DNA of 64,000 nt from Candidatus Latescibacterota bacterium (GTDB lineage: Bacteria; Latescibacterota; UBA2968; UBA8231): positions 320,001 through 384,000 of the forward strand of contig CBDCXV010000011.1 of assembly GCA_965223905.1 (NCBI GenBank), in the 5' to 3' direction. Positions 10,007 through 22,317 of the stretch are shown one piece after another. Under the pieces are notes generated by a model, which was given only the letters and a program-made list of their open reading frames with translations, was not told the origin of the DNA and did no database searches. How positions within the stretch are numbered: position 1 is the stretch's first letter; the number at the start of each line of letters is the position of its first letter. Position numbers and translations under genes: made by a program.

Positions 10007-11788
10007 TCAGAAATAACCGTAACGGAGATCGAAGCTGACATGCCGGCTCGAGCCGTCGCCGTAACCCGTGCGGCTCTCCAGGGCGATGTTCGGCCGCCAC
10101 CTGGGAGGCAGGGGGACGTTGGTTCCCCATTCATGGGCGTATCCGACCGCCACCCCGAGGGCGGGGCGCACCCTCCATTCCAGCATCAGCGACAGTTTCG
10201 TCCAGAGGTGGAGGTTTCCAGCGAGGAATTCCTTGGATTCACGGTCGTCCAACGGACGCCAGCCGCGGTGCAGGTCACCGCCGACATTGAGAATGGTACC
10301 GTCGTCCAGAATCTCGTTGCTCCCGTGGCGGGTGCGCGACAGGCTTGCGCCGAGACTCAGATCGCGGCTGAAACGGCGGCTCGCGGTGATCTCCCAGCGG
10401 TCTGAGTTCGGGCCGAGCGAATGTCCGAGCGGGGAATCGAAATGCCGGAAGGTGTTGATCGGGAACTTGTGCGTGTAGATCCAGGGCTCGATCCGCACGT
10501 ACTCGGCGCGCAGATCGGTATCGCGCAAGCCGGCCGGATCGACCCACAACAGGCCCGTCTGCAGCGAGAATTTGTTGGCGAAGTCATCGCTGAAAATGCG
10601 CAGCTTCTTGATGTCGTCGACGACGTAGGCGAGGTAGAACTTCACCCCGTTTCCCGGATGGAGGTCGAAATCGATCCCCATCATCAGGTTGTCCTTGTCA
10701 CCCTGGTAGCTCTGCGCCGCCCAGTAGAACATCACCGGGTTGAGGTAGGTCGGCTGCGGGGGGCGGTCGCCGTACACCAGGACCTCGTGGAATCCGACGT
10801 CGAGCCAGTCGAAAAAGGATGCTTCCACGCGGTGAGCGGCGAGGTACTTGCCGCGCTCCAAGGGACGCCTGACTCCGTTTACGATATACGACGCGGAAGT
10901 ATCGCCGACGCCGGCGCATTGGGGGGAATCCGGCCGGTCGGGACATGGGCGGAGAGCCCCGGCGATGCTCACCAGCTTGAGTATTCCGAACTGCCCGCGC
11001 AGACGGATCAAATCGAATGCAGGAGCGTTGTCGCTCAACCCGAGGTTGTCGCTCGCCGCCGGGCCCCAGCTCGCCTGACCTTTTCCCACCTCGACCGTGA
11101 GATCCCGCAGCGGCGAAAAAAACAGCGCCGCTGTTCCCTCGTGGAAATCCGCTAGATTGCCCTTCAGCTGCGGAACCTCCAGGCGGCGCTCGAAGACGTC
11201 GTCCCTAATCTCGTAGCTGCGGGTCCCCTGCTCGCGCGTCTGCAAAAAGGCGATGCGGAAACCGACGCGTTCCCAGGCTTCACCCCAAAGCACCCCGCCA
11301 AGACGGTTGCGGTACACCCGCTCGCTGTCGGCACGGCCCAACCCGGAAAGGACGTCGATCTGATGTCGCAGCAGGAGATCGGCGAATAGCTCCCCCTGGG
11401 GACCGGCGTAGCGCACCAGTGGTTCGCCGCGGTTCACCCGTGCCGGCGCGCTTGCCCCGGAGCGGTCCGCCGCCTGGCTGCCTGTGGGGGAAGCGGCATC
11501 CTCGAGACCGAACTCCCGGCGCAGCAGGTCGAGCTCTGATTGCTCCACCTCGCTGAGGCGATCGCGGCGCTCCTCGATCCGCCGAAGGGCCGCGGCAATC
11601 TCGGATCGTGTGAACGGCTTGATGCCGTCCCCCAGGCGCACGAGCACCCCTTTCGTCTCACAACGTTCGAGAAAGCGGTAGCTCCAGTGAGCGATCGGAA
11701 CATGGATGGAGCCACCTCCGGCCGCCCCGGAATGAGTGTGCGCCAAAATCGCGACGAGCGCACCTAAACCCAGTCTTGACAGTATCAT
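10007..11788 (-). CDS. Capsule assembly Wzi-family outer membrane protein
   Basis: Signal peptide, KPFTRSEIA, WGP..LGLSDNAP, HRVE, YLNP, DKDN, LGHSLGPNSD, C-terminal aromatic beta-barrel end (DLRYGYF). Confidence 0.75.
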   Translation of the reverse strand: MILSRLGLGALVAILAHTHSGAAGGGSIHVPIAHWSYRFLERCETKGVLVRLGDGIKPFTRSEIAAALRRIEERRDRLSEVEQSELDLLRREFGLEDAASPTGSQAADRSGASAPARVNRGEPLVRYAGPQGELFADLLLRHQIDVLSGLGRADSERVYRNRLGGVLWGEAWERVGFRIAFLQTREQGTRSYEIRDDVFERRLEVPQLKGNLADFHEGTAALFFSPLRDLTVEVGKGQASWGPAASDNLGLSDNAPAFDLIRLRGQFGILKLVSIAGALRPCPDRPDSPQCAGVGDTSASYIVNGVRRPLERGKYLAAHRVEASFFDWLDVGFHEVLVYGDRPPQPTYLNPVMFYWAAQSYQGDKDNLMMGIDFDLHPGNGVKFYLAYVVDDIKKLRIFSDDFANKFSLQTGLLWVDPAGLRDTDLRAEYVRIEPWIYTHKFPINTFRHFDSPLGHSLGPNSDRWEITASRRFSRDLSLGASLSRTRHGSNEILDDGTILNVGGDLHRGWRPLDDRESKEFLAGNLHLWTKLSLMLEWRVRPALGVAVGYAHEWGTNVPLPPRWRPNIALESRTGYGDGSSRHVSFDLRYGYF

Positions 11789-11942
11789 ACGTGCCGGATA
11801 GTTTGCCCCGCCCGCAAGCGGGAGAGATGTGGTCGAGGGACGGATTCCCCCCCGGGCTGCAACGATTCCCAAAAGTGCTCAGCCAGCCCGAGCGGGGCAA
11901 ACCCCTGAAAAATACCCCAGTGAAGCGATCGGCAGGTGAACC

Positions 11943-13240
<1,298 letters not shown>

Positions 13241-13317
13241 CCCATCCCAACCCACCGGCTCAGACCCCCGCTCATCGACCCGTTTCCCTCGGATACGGGC
13301 GACGGCAATCCATGATG

Positions 13318-14652
13318 CTACCTAAGTTTTTTCTGATTAAGTTTTTCTGATTTGGGTGTTTTCTCGCTGTTCTGCAGCGAGAAATCCTCAACAGTGGTCA
13401 ATGCGATCCGAGGACTGCGGCTAACATCGGGCGCTTCCGCGGAACGCGCCACGGCGATATCTAGCGCCAAGTATCCAGCGAACACTCCCGCCAGCACCCC
13501 GGCCCCGACCCCCCCTTCAAATGCGTTGAACAGCATCAGTGCAGCCAGAAGCGAGAGCTGCTCCGATTCGATGAGGTTTGCCCCAGGATGACGAGAACCG
13601 GTGGACCCCCTTCGCGACAGTAGCTTGACGACCGAGGCCGAGATGAATTTCACGGCTGGACGCAGCAGGACGACCACCGCCAACGTAATGGCGAACGATT
13701 CCCAGTCGATTCCAGCAGCCTGAAGCCGGTTACCGAGAAGCCAACCCAGGGCCAGTGGCAGACCGAAGCGGGCAAGTGGTCGGCTGCGTTCGACGACCCG
13801 GAGGATGTCGAGTCGCCTGAGAGTGCAGTTGATCAACCAGATGCCGGCCAACGCCCCCGTCCAGAGCGGCTGCAGACCAAGGGCCCCCGACATGCCGGCA
13901 CCGACGAAAGCAAAGGTTGCCAGGAGGAAGAAAAGGGGCCCGGCAGGGTGATGTTCGCGCGAGGCAAGATCGCAGAGCAGGCCGATGAACCCGCCTAGTA
14001 CAGATCCCCATAAAATTTTTTCAACCCCCTCTATTGCAATATTTTGAGAGAATCTTGAATAGGGTGAAATCAGCTCGAAGACAGGGGCCGGCACAAGCGT
14101 CGAAGCCACCCCGAGAGAGGCGATGGCTGCCACTGCTGAAAGGGATGGGTGCCGGAATTCCCGGCGATGCGCAGCCCGAAACGAACCGCGGCGTTGCCAG
14201 ATCGAGGATGGACCCGCAATGCATACCGCGGCCAGAACCAGGGCTGCGGCCGGGGTAGCCAAGTTCCCACCGACTCCCGGAACCCTGCTCAGGGTGTACA
14301 GAAAGAGGGGTACCAGTACCAGGGCGATGAGGGATTGATATAGGCCGGGGAGCAAGCCTGAACCCCCTGCAAGGCGAAGGACGCGGAAATCCAGAACACA
14401 ACCGCAGGTAAAGCCGATCCATCCTGCGAAAAAGAGGGAAACCAGGGCCGCGGCATCCCCAAGGCCGGACAGCCATGGCATTCCGCTACAGCCCAAAAGG
14501 AGCCCGACCAGGGCGCATAAATGGCGTTCACAGACAACCGCGGCAATCCCCGGACTGGCGGCCTCCCGCAGCAACGAGTTGCGTACCACATACCCTCCGT
14601 ACGCTGCTACGATGGCGGCGGCGACCAGAAATGCCGGGGCCAGCGAGGACAT
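13318..14652 (-). CDS. Multi-pass membrane protein (possibly cation:proton antiporter-like)
   Basis: About 12 hydrophobic segments; abuts the upstream gene. Family assignment is weak. Confidence 0.55.
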   Translation of the reverse strand: MSSLAPAFLVAAAIVAAYGGYVVRNSLLREAASPGIAAVVCERHLCALVGLLLGCSGMPWLSGLGDAAALVSLFFAGWIGFTCGCVLDFRVLRLAGGSGLLPGLYQSLIALVLVPLFLYTLSRVPGVGGNLATPAAALVLAAVCIAGPSSIWQRRGSFRAAHRREFRHPSLSAVAAIASLGVASTLVPAPVFELISPYSRFSQNIAIEGVEKILWGSVLGGFIGLLCDLASREHHPAGPLFFLLATFAFVGAGMSGALGLQPLWTGALAGIWLINCTLRRLDILRVVERSRPLARFGLPLALGWLLGNRLQAAGIDWESFAITLAVVVLLRPAVKFISASVVKLLSRRGSTGSRHPGANLIESEQLSLLAALMLFNAFEGGVGAGVLAGVFAGYLALDIAVARSAEAPDVSRSPRIALTTVEDFSLQNSEKTPKSEKLNQKKLR

Positions 14653-15516
14653 TCAGACCGCCCCATCTATCGGCTGTCCCGTGTCGAGGTCGAGATTGGC
14701 GAGATCGGCAAACCGCCTGGGCAAGGCGTCGGCAAAGTCGCTCAGGGCAGCCCGACCACCCGTCATCATGCGGTGCGTCGCCTCTTCACTCGGCCGTTTC
14801 GGGTTTACGAGGCCTGCCGCATTTTCGAAGAATTCGATCGGCGCCAGGAAGCGGCCCAGTGCCCGGGCGAAAGGAGCTGTAAGGCCCCCTGCAAGTCCTG
14901 CCGCAGGGCTGTGTCCGGCCGGCTTGGCGGACCCCGTCCACTTGAAGATTGCCGGCATTCTTCCGACCCAGCTCGCCAGTGAACGCCATCCGCGACAAAT
15001 GACTACGTCGTCGGCCAATGCGGGAAAATGCTCGCGCGCCGCCTGTGTGAGCTGACACTCTTCTCCCGTCCGCAGCGGCATATCGATCTCTACCGCCCAC
15101 TCCGCAGCGGAGCTTTTTTCCAGGACATGGCAGTCCAACCCCCACTCCAGGCTCTTGTGCCACAGGTCGGACCGCCTACTCAGTGCCCCACTGCCTGCGG
15201 CGGCAAGCGCGACCTCCTCGTTTATCAATGGGTGAATCCGAATGTCGGTGTAAAGGTGGAGGGCCCACCCGGCCGCGAAGGCCTCCTCTGCCGGGGTTCG
15301 CGACAGGAAGAGGAGATGCCTGGCGAAGTCACCGGTGCTCTCGTGGTGAATGCGGTGGGAAAGGCGCCGGGGGCCGCCGGGGAAAAAACCGATATCGGGA
15401 GCTACCGATCCGGCCTGGAATGCGGTCAGAAGCAGGCCGTCTTCCTTCGGGTTTCCTGTCGCCAGCGCGGGGAACGCGCGGCGGGCGAGCCACAGGTGAT
15501 AGACGCTTCCAGCCAA
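14653..15516 (-). CDS. Zinc-dependent phospholipase C family protein
   Basis: N-terminal H, GSVAPD, GWALHLYTDIRIHPLIN, HKSLEWGLD. Start codon uncertain. Confidence 0.8.
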   Translation of the reverse strand: MAGSVYHLWLARRAFPALATGNPKEDGLLLTAFQAGSVAPDIGFFPGGPRRLSHRIHHESTGDFARHLLFLSRTPAEEAFAAGWALHLYTDIRIHPLINEEVALAAAGSGALSRRSDLWHKSLEWGLDCHVLEKSSAAEWAVEIDMPLRTGEECQLTQAAREHFPALADDVVICRGWRSLASWVGRMPAIFKWTGSAKPAGHSPAAGLAGGLTAPFARALGRFLAPIEFFENAAGLVNPKRPSEEATHRMMTGGRAALSDFADALPRRFADLANLDLDTGQPIDGAV

Positions 15517-15576
15517 TCGGGCAACCCGATACGAAACGCCGCCGGTGACACCCCGTGGGCCGGCGAGCGGAGGGAG

Positions 15577-16050
15577 TCAGAACGGGAGGTCGTCGGCGGC
15601 GTCGGTTCCACTCCCTTGGGCGAACCCCGAACCGCCGGAGTTCCCACCCCCTATCTCAGGGGGAGGAGCGGGGGGAACCGGCGGCCCCCCGGCGGCACCC
15701 TCAGCTTGCTCCCCACGACCGTCGAGCATCTGCATGTCGTTGACGACGATTTCCGTGGTGTAGCGCTTCTGGCCGTTCTGGTCCTCCCAGGACCGGGTCT
15801 CGATCCTGCCTTCGACATAGACCTTGCTTCCCTTGCGCAGGTACTGTCCTACGATCTCCGCCAGCTTTCTCCAGAAGACCAGGCGATGCCACTCGGTCCT
15901 TTCCTGCCGTTCCCCGTTGCGGTCGGTCCAGGATTCGTTGGTCGCCAGACTGACGTTGGCTACCGGGACGCCGCTCGGCGTGTACTTCACTTCCGGGTCG
16001 GAACCGAGGTTGCCGACCAGGATCGCTTTGTTGACACCCCCTCGGGACAT
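15577..16050 (-). CDS. ssb: Single-stranded DNA-binding protein
   Basis: [31 protein letters not shown], acidic tail DDLPF; RBS AGGAG. Confidence 0.97.
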   Translation of the reverse strand: MSRGGVNKAILVGNLGSDPEVKYTPSGVPVANVSLATNESWTDRNGERQERTEWHRLVFWRKLAEIVGQYLRKGSKVYVEGRIETRSWEDQNGQKRYTTEIVVNDMQMLDGRGEQAEGAAGGPPVPPAPPPEIGGGNSGGSGFAQGSGTDAADDLPF

Positions 16051-16361
16051 TGGAAACTCTCCTTTCCTCGCAAACCAACCCGAGTCCGCGAGGGCCGCCA
16101 CATCGCGAGCATGGACCGGTGGAGTTTATGTTCCGAGGTACGTAAACCGGTCGGTGAAACCGGGTCAAGAGATGCGTCCCGCAGTCCCTCAACGGATCTT
16201 CGCGGGCTTTCCCCTTGCCGATTCGTCCCGGCCGCGGCCTTTCACCCAATGCTCCAGTTCCACCTGGTAGGGGCTGATCGCACACCCGAGTGCCTTCGAT
16301 TCTACATAGTCGCACGCCACATCACCTCAGCCCGATCACCCTCAATTAGCGGGAAGCCATC

Positions 16362-17477
16362 ATGAGCACTCCAACCATGTACCATCGCCTGGGACTGCGT
16401 CCCTTCATAAACGCCCGGGGCACCATAACCACCCTGGGCGGCTCGATCATGCCCCCGGAGGTGGTCGGAGCGATGGTCGAGGCTTCTCGGCAGTTCGTAC
16501 ACCTCAACGAGTTGCACGAAAAGGCGGGTGCCCGCATCGCCCGGCTCACCGGAGCGGAAGGGGCATTCATTTCGGCCGGAGCGGCCTCGGGCATGTTCCT
16601 GGCCGGCGCCGCTTGCCTCACCGGCGAGGACCCCGAAGCAGTCAGCCGTCTCCCCGATACCTTGGGACGCGCCAACGAGTTCGTGATCTCCCTTGTTGAC
16701 GGCCACTACTACGTGCACCAGGGGTTCCAGGTGTGCGGAGGCACCCTGGTCAAGGTTGGCACCCCCCAATCCGTACGCGCCCGGGACTATGCCGACGGGA
16801 TCTCCGAGCGCACCGCGGCTTGCGTCTTCTTCCTGGGCAGCCAGTGCCGCGAGCAACTACCCGAGATCATCGAGTTGAGCCATGCCCGCGGAGTGCCCGT
16901 CATCGTCGATGCCGCGGCCCAGCTTCCTCCGCGCGCCAATCTGACCGAGCTGACCGCCATGGGAGCCGATCTGGTGATCTTCAGCGGAGGCAAGGGTCTT
17001 TCCGGGCCGCAGTCCACGGGCCTGATCCTGGGCAGGGCGAACCTGGTGCGTGCCTGCCGTATCAACAGCAATCCCCACTCGGCGGTGGGACGCGGCATGA
17101 AGGTGGGCAAGGAGGAAATATGCGGGCTGTTAAAGGCCGTGGAACTGTTCTTCGAGCAGGATGAGGAGGCTGTTGTTGCCGAGTGGGTGCGCCGCTGCCA
17201 CCTGATCGCCGAAGCCGTGGCCGGTATCCCGGGGGTAGAGCCGGACTACCAGCCACCCTACGCCAACCAGTTTCCTCCCGCCTCCCCCCTGATTCACCTC
17301 GTCTTCGGCCCACACGCACCCATGACCGCGGACCAAATGGCCCGGGAGCTTGAAGCAGGGGAGCCGTCGGTAATGGCCGGGTGCGCCCGGAATGGGGTGA
17401 GTGTGGGGCCACAAACCTTGCAGGATGGGGAAGCTGAGATCATCGCAGCGCGGCTGCGGGCGATTCTGTCCGGGTGA
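16362..17477 (+). CDS. SelA-like / DgaE-family PLP-dependent enzyme
   Basis: FINARGTITTLGGS, VIVDAAAQ, DLVIFSGGKGL (PLP Lys), GRGMKVGKEE. Confidence 0.85.
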   Translation: MSTPTMYHRLGLRPFINARGTITTLGGSIMPPEVVGAMVEASRQFVHLNELHEKAGARIARLTGAEGAFISAGAASGMFLAGAACLTGEDPEAVSRLPDTLGRANEFVISLVDGHYYVHQGFQVCGGTLVKVGTPQSVRARDYADGISERTAACVFFLGSQCREQLPEIIELSHARGVPVIVDAAAQLPPRANLTELTAMGADLVIFSGGKGLSGPQSTGLILGRANLVRACRINSNPHSAVGRGMKVGKEEICGLLKAVELFFEQDEEAVVAEWVRRCHLIAEAVAGIPGVEPDYQPPYANQFPPASPLIHLVFGPHAPMTADQMARELEAGEPSVMAGCARNGVSVGPQTLQDGEAEIIAARLRAILSG

Positions 17478-17558
17478 GTTTCCGCCAGAGTGATTTATGA
17501 AGCAGGCGCCGCGAATCGAGGGCGGCACAAGCCATACAGACAACCACAGGAGCCATTC

Positions 17559-18068
17559 ATGCACCTCAAGCATATGCGTCCCAACCAGCTAAGCGACATG
17601 GTCGCCGGGGGGAACCCTCTCCTGGTCCCGGCCGGCTGCATCGAGACCCACGGCCCGCACATGGCGATTGGCCACGACACCCTCATCGTCGAGGAAATCT
17701 GCGACCGCGTCGCCGCGCGCACCCCCTGCGCAATTGCCCCCTCCTTCGACTACGGCCCCACCGGCTACGCTCTTGGCGGCCCCGGGGACGGCACCATCGA
17801 TCCGGACTACGACTCGTTTGGCCGCTATGTCAAGAGCATCCTCCGCAACTTCGTCGAGATGGGCTTTCGCAAGACCTACGTAATCGTCATGCACCAGGGG
17901 ATGGGCGGCCCCCTGGCCCTGTCTTTCAGCAAAGCCTCCGCTCACGCCCCCTGGTACTGCCTTCAGGACGAAGAGAAAAACAGCCGCACGGCCAACGCCC
18001 GACACGGCCGGGAGATGTTGAACGCCGTGGTCCACACCTGGGTCGCCAAAATCGATCGGGAGCGCTGA
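17559..18068 (+). pseudogene. Creatininase-family protein, apparently internally deleted
   Basis: PAGCIETHGPHMAIGHD and HQG are present, but it is only 169 aa and lacks the usual HAG..ETS block. Confidence 0.6.
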
Positions 18069-18477
18069 GGACACCCGGGTCGATTTCTGTCTCCTTTTTT
18101 CGCTCACGCGGCCTCACGCGCATCCCGGATCCGTAGGGGACCCTCCGACCGGACCTCCCAACAAGGTCCCGGAGAGTACCCCTGATGGGACCCTTACGAT
18201 GTCTCCTGCTTGACATTCCGCGCCTCCATTGCTATCCTGAACGAAGGCGCGACAGATTAAGAAGGCCGCGGAAAGTCTCCCTTTCCCCGGCATTTTTTTA
18301 CCCCTTCTGGCGCGATCTCCTCCCGATTCCCCCGGGGTTCTCCCCCGCCTCAACCAGTCAAGCCGGGCGCGCCACCAAACGCCTTGGCAGAGGTCGGATT
18401 CCGACTTCCCAATCGCGTTCTCAAGGTCGAATCGGACTTTCACTGCCGGTTACTTGGGCCGCGTAGAAACATCGCTC

Positions 18478-19695
18478 ATGGGATCTCCTGTAGTTGTGCT
18501 CGACATCGGCGCCTCAAAGGTCCACTGCTTGGTGGGTGAGGCTGTCGATGAGGTCGGGCTAAAAATAATCGGAATGGGGTTGAGCCCGTGTGAGGGAATC
18601 CGTCGAACCGTCGTCATCGACATGCCGAAAATGGTGGAGGCGATTCGTTCCGCCGTACGCGAGGCGGAGCGCTCCGCCGGCCTAAAGATCGTCGGCGCCT
18701 ACGTCGGCGTGGCCGGCGAGGATATTGAAACACACACAAATCGGGGCGCCGTAGCCATTTCCGGAAGCTCCAACCCCATCGACGAAAACGATGTCCAGAG
18801 AGCCCTTGCGGCCGCGGAAGAAGCCTCCTCTCCTCCCGGAAGCGCGACCGTTCTTCATCGGTTCGTGCAGAACTACACCCTCGACGGCGAACACGTGCAG
18901 AATCCGCTCTGGCTCCACGGCAGCCGCCTCGAGGTGGAAACGCTCAGCGCAACTGCCCCGGCGCACGTATGCACGACGCTGCGGCGCGCCGTTTCCCAGG
19001 CCGGCGTCGACATCGCCGGCTTCATCCTGGAGGCAGTCGCCGTGGGTTCGGCGCTGCTGTCGGTGGACGAAAGGGAAATGGGAGTCGGCATTCTCGACAT
19101 CGGCGCTGGAACTTCAGACCTGTCGATATATCGCGGATCGTTCAGGTATCTCGCCGAGATCCCCTTCGGAGGAGAGGACATCACAAAAGACCTCTCCGTC
19201 GTTCTCAACATGTCGCCGCGAGAGGCCGAGGGATTGAAGCGCGAAGAGGGTTGCGTCCGCTGCCCGGCAGAGTCGGCCGATGAAGCGGTTTCATTCAGTA
19301 CCACAGCAGGACGGCCGCATACCCTGGTCAGACATCAGCTCAGCGCGGTCATCGAAGCGCGCCAGCAGGAGATTCTGGAGTTCGCAGCCAAGGAGATTAA
19401 GCATTCCCAGCAGGGGCATCTCATCTCAGCGGGCATGGTTCTGACAGGAGGCGGTGCACTGCTGGGCAACCTCGACAAGCTGGGGGAAGAGGTTCTGGGA
19501 ATGCCGGTCAGGATCGGTTCACCCCAGGATGTCGTGGCCCTGGAAGCCTCGGACCCCACCTTCTCCACCCCCGTCGGATTACTGCGTTTCGCCACCGAGC
19601 AGCACGATTCACCTGGCAGCATACTGCCCGCCGGTTCTGGCCGCCGCGGCGGATTTTTCGGCCGCCTCACTAGGATTTTCAGCTTCCTTACGTAA
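18478..19695 (+). CDS. ftsA: Cell division protein FtsA
   Basis: LDIGASKV, EAERSAG, LDIGAGTSD, GGEDITKDL, EAEGLK, IEARQQEI, VLTGGGA, PVRIGSP, amphipathic tail FFGRLTRIFSFL. Confidence 0.93.
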   Translation: MGSPVVVLDIGASKVHCLVGEAVDEVGLKIIGMGLSPCEGIRRTVVIDMPKMVEAIRSAVREAERSAGLKIVGAYVGVAGEDIETHTNRGAVAISGSSNPIDENDVQRALAAAEEASSPPGSATVLHRFVQNYTLDGEHVQNPLWLHGSRLEVETLSATAPAHVCTTLRRAVSQAGVDIAGFILEAVAVGSALLSVDEREMGVGILDIGAGTSDLSIYRGSFRYLAEIPFGGEDITKDLSVVLNMSPREAEGLKREEGCVRCPAESADEAVSFSTTAGRPHTLVRHQLSAVIEARQQEILEFAAKEIKHSQQGHLISAGMVLTGGGALLGNLDKLGEEVLGMPVRIGSPQDVVALEASDPTFSTPVGLLRFATEQHDSPGSILPAGSGRRGGFFGRLTRIFSFLT

Positions 19696-19805
19696 GAGTA
19701 CCGAGTTGCTGGATTCGAAGCCTGCTTCTGTCGCTTCGTTGACAGAATCCGCGGTGCCTGCGAATATTGGCTGACGCCGCGAGGTGCGGCGCCAGCCAAT
19801 CGACT

Positions 19806-19881
19806 GCCACCCTAGCTCAGTTGGTAGAGCAACTCACTCGTAATGAGTAGGTCGCCGGTTCGAATCCGGCGGGTGGCTCCA
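19806..19881 (+). tRNA. tRNA-Thr (anticodon CGT)
   Basis: Acceptor stem GCCACCC/GGGTGGC, TAGCTCAGTTGGTAGAGC, anticodon arm ACTCA-CTCGTAA-TGAGT, GGTTCGAATCC, CCA end; 76 nt. Confidence 0.97.
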
Positions 19882-19970
19882 ATAAAAACAACAACTTACG
19901 TACTTTCTTGTCAGACGGCGAGTAAGGCCGTGTCAGTATAATGTCAGTAGACTGGAGGGAATGACAGGGC

Positions 19971-20549
19971 ATGCGGATAAGGATGGCAGTAGCTCTGATC
20001 CTGGCGCTGCTGGGCTTTGCCGGGCTGGGCTGGGCGGAAACTTGGATGGGGCTTGAGATTGCCCCGGAGGATCGGTGCTCCCCATACGACCGGGACAAAG
20101 ATTACCCTTACTCACAGTCCTTGGAGCCTCAGATCCTGGAGCGAATGGGCGGGGAGATCCGATGCCGATATACCGACCAAGTCTACGACAGCTTGAAAGA
20201 GACTGACATCGAGCACGTGGTCGCAGTTAGCGAAGCCCACGACTCCGGTCTCTGTGCCGCCGACGCGGAGACCAAGAGGACATTCAGCAGCGACCTGGAC
20301 AACCTCACCCTGGCCGATCCGGACGTGAACCGCTACGAGAAGGCCGGCAAGGATGCTGCGGAATGGCTACCGGAGCTCAACCTGCTTTGGTACGTGGAGA
20401 CCATCATCAAGGTGAAGAAGAAGTACAGTCTTACGGTGGACCGGGCAGAAATGGAGGCGCTCAAGGGAGTGCTGGAGGATGTGGAGACGGCCATCCGAGC
20501 ATGTTCCTTTGGGGCCGTGAAGGACGAACACTTGAAGGAAACCCGATGA
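19971..20549 (+). CDS. Secreted HNH-type (DUF1524-like) nuclease-fold protein
   Basis: Signal peptide; [49 protein letters not shown]. Confidence 0.75.
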   Translation: MRIRMAVALILALLGFAGLGWAETWMGLEIAPEDRCSPYDRDKDYPYSQSLEPQILERMGGEIRCRYTDQVYDSLKETDIEHVVAVSEAHDSGLCAADAETKRTFSSDLDNLTLADPDVNRYEKAGKDAAEWLPELNLLWYVETIIKVKKKYSLTVDRAEMEALKGVLEDVETAIRACSFGAVKDEHLKETR

Positions 20550-21114
20550 TATACCCCCTCAAGGCACACTCTTTCTACATCCCATAATTTCGTATAACAC
20601 AATAAAGGGACTGCCGCGGGAGCCCTTGGTAGGTCAGGACGTTCTCTTGTCCTCTCGACTCACTCAAGGCCCTGCCACTTCGGGCCTCGTCCAGGTCGAC
20701 TCCGGCCTCCACGAGGGAGCGTAGCGCCTACGCCCTTCCGGTCACGTCCGAACACGGTCAGGCGGGACAGGGTAACCGTTAAGCCCGGCCGGTCCAGCTT
20801 GTAGCGGACCTCTTAGACCATCCCCTCAAGCACGTGCAGCACCACGGTTGCGTATGCGCGTCGGAAATGTTCTCGAGCACCCCCCATCCCCAGAGCTCGA
20901 GAACAGCCCGGGCGGAATGCTGAAGGAAACCAGGACCCGCTGATACGCGGAATCCCACAGCAGCGCGCCGGTTCGGCCGTGAGGTTGCGCGGCTGCCAAT
21001 CGGACGACCCGGTTGCCCCAACACCACCCTGCTGTCGCGGGCGCTTTCCACGACGCCGTGGCCTAAATGTCCCGTGCGCTCTCCGTGGAGGTATCGCCCA
21101 CCAGAAAATCAGTC

Positions 21115-21326
21115 CAACATATTGATTATTCTGCACTTACTAAAATTGTAAAAATGGAGTTATGCCTGGTGTTATCACATGCCGAATAGCCTGGAAGAGA
21201 TCTGATTCCGTGTCGATGGCCGTGCGCCCCCGAAGACGCCGCCTCCACCAAACAACTAAGACAACTTGTTGAATTTAAACAACTTATGCAGGTTGGCAAA
21301 CTGGGGTTATACTTTCTGTTATCACA
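21115..21326 (+). repeat. Two copies (21115-21179, 21262-21326) of a 65-bp AT-rich element; third copy at 28186-28250
   Basis: Ungapped alignment YAACWTRTTG-N31-GGRRTTAT-N7-GTTATCACA in all three copies. Confidence 0.65.
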
Positions 21327-21450
21327 TTGGATGGAGGAACAGCAAAAGAATACCTTCCGTGGCCTGAAAACCACCCAGAAAGCCGCTTGGCATCTGTACT
21401 TGTCAACGGAGGATTTGGGTGTCAACGACTGCCCATTACGGCGGATTCGG

Positions 21451-22041
21451 CTACCGATGGCTCTCGATGTCGGTGGGAGTAGCAAGAGAGCGGGCATTAC
21501 GGTGCCCTGAGTGGCGAAGATCGGGGCAAGCCGTCGACCTTCTTGTAGGTCCAGGGGGTGATCGGCGGCGCGTGACGGGCCACCATGTCGGCCGACTCCT
21601 CTCCAATCGCGGCTTCCACTGTCCGGACAAGGCATCGAGCCGCTGCCGCAGGATGGCCGCGGACGGCACCGCATCCAGGCCCAGCGCCTGGCAGAAAAAG
21701 GGGTCGGTACGAAATCCTTCCACGGCCTCGAAATCCGGCTTGCCCAGCGCCAGCAAACCGATCATCGACGCCATCACGTCGCCGTGAGAAACCTCGGGCT
21801 GAGGACGCTCCGCCAAGGTGATCTCATCCACCCGCGCGGCTAGGCGCGTGCACCCCATCAAGGCCCCGATCAAGGCCAAAACCCGAATGCGAGGTCAGCG
21901 CTTCTTCGCCCTGCGTAATGTGAAACGAAACCGGTCTCAAGAATTCACCTCCAGGGTGAGTCCAAATCCTCCTCTACTATATACCCTGGATTCCCCTCCG
22001 AAAACAACCGAAAATCTGGCTCTTGACTTCACGGATTCAGG
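21451..22041 (-). mobile_element. IS1380-family remnant (left end and N-terminal transposase fragment)
   Basis: LTSHSG (shifted frame), LGKPDFEAVEGFRTDPFFCQALGLDAVPSAAILRQRLD; end CCTGAATCCGTGAAGTCAAG on the minus strand from 22041. Confidence 0.75.
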
Positions 22042-22317
22042 ATGAATACGATTTGGATGAGGTCCTTGGGGATGAACTAACAGGATGGATGATGGATATT
22101 TATCCCGGATCCGAGGTTAATCCCCATATACTTCCGGAGCCAGGTACGCAAGAAACGCTATGGAAAAGCCGATGCCCGAGGACAGATTGAAACCGAGTCA
22201 GCATCGACCAGCGCCCGGCCATCGTCGAGTGCGGTTTCGGGTGCTCTCGCCGTGGTCGGCCGGGAAACCGCGATGTCAGCCGGCAAGGTTCCCTAACATG
22301 ACGATGGGGAAAATAAA

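Noticed and set aside
16362-17477. True selA (selenocysteine synthase)
   Set aside because: Shorter than SelA, no selB or tRNA-Sec nearby, and the motifs fit the SelA-like/DgaE group.
19860-19881. attR duplication of the tRNA 3' end
   Set aside because: No second copy seen in this window.
20584-20612. Complete dif/pdif or loxP site
   Set aside because: Only one arm matches; there is no XerD arm or inverted arm.
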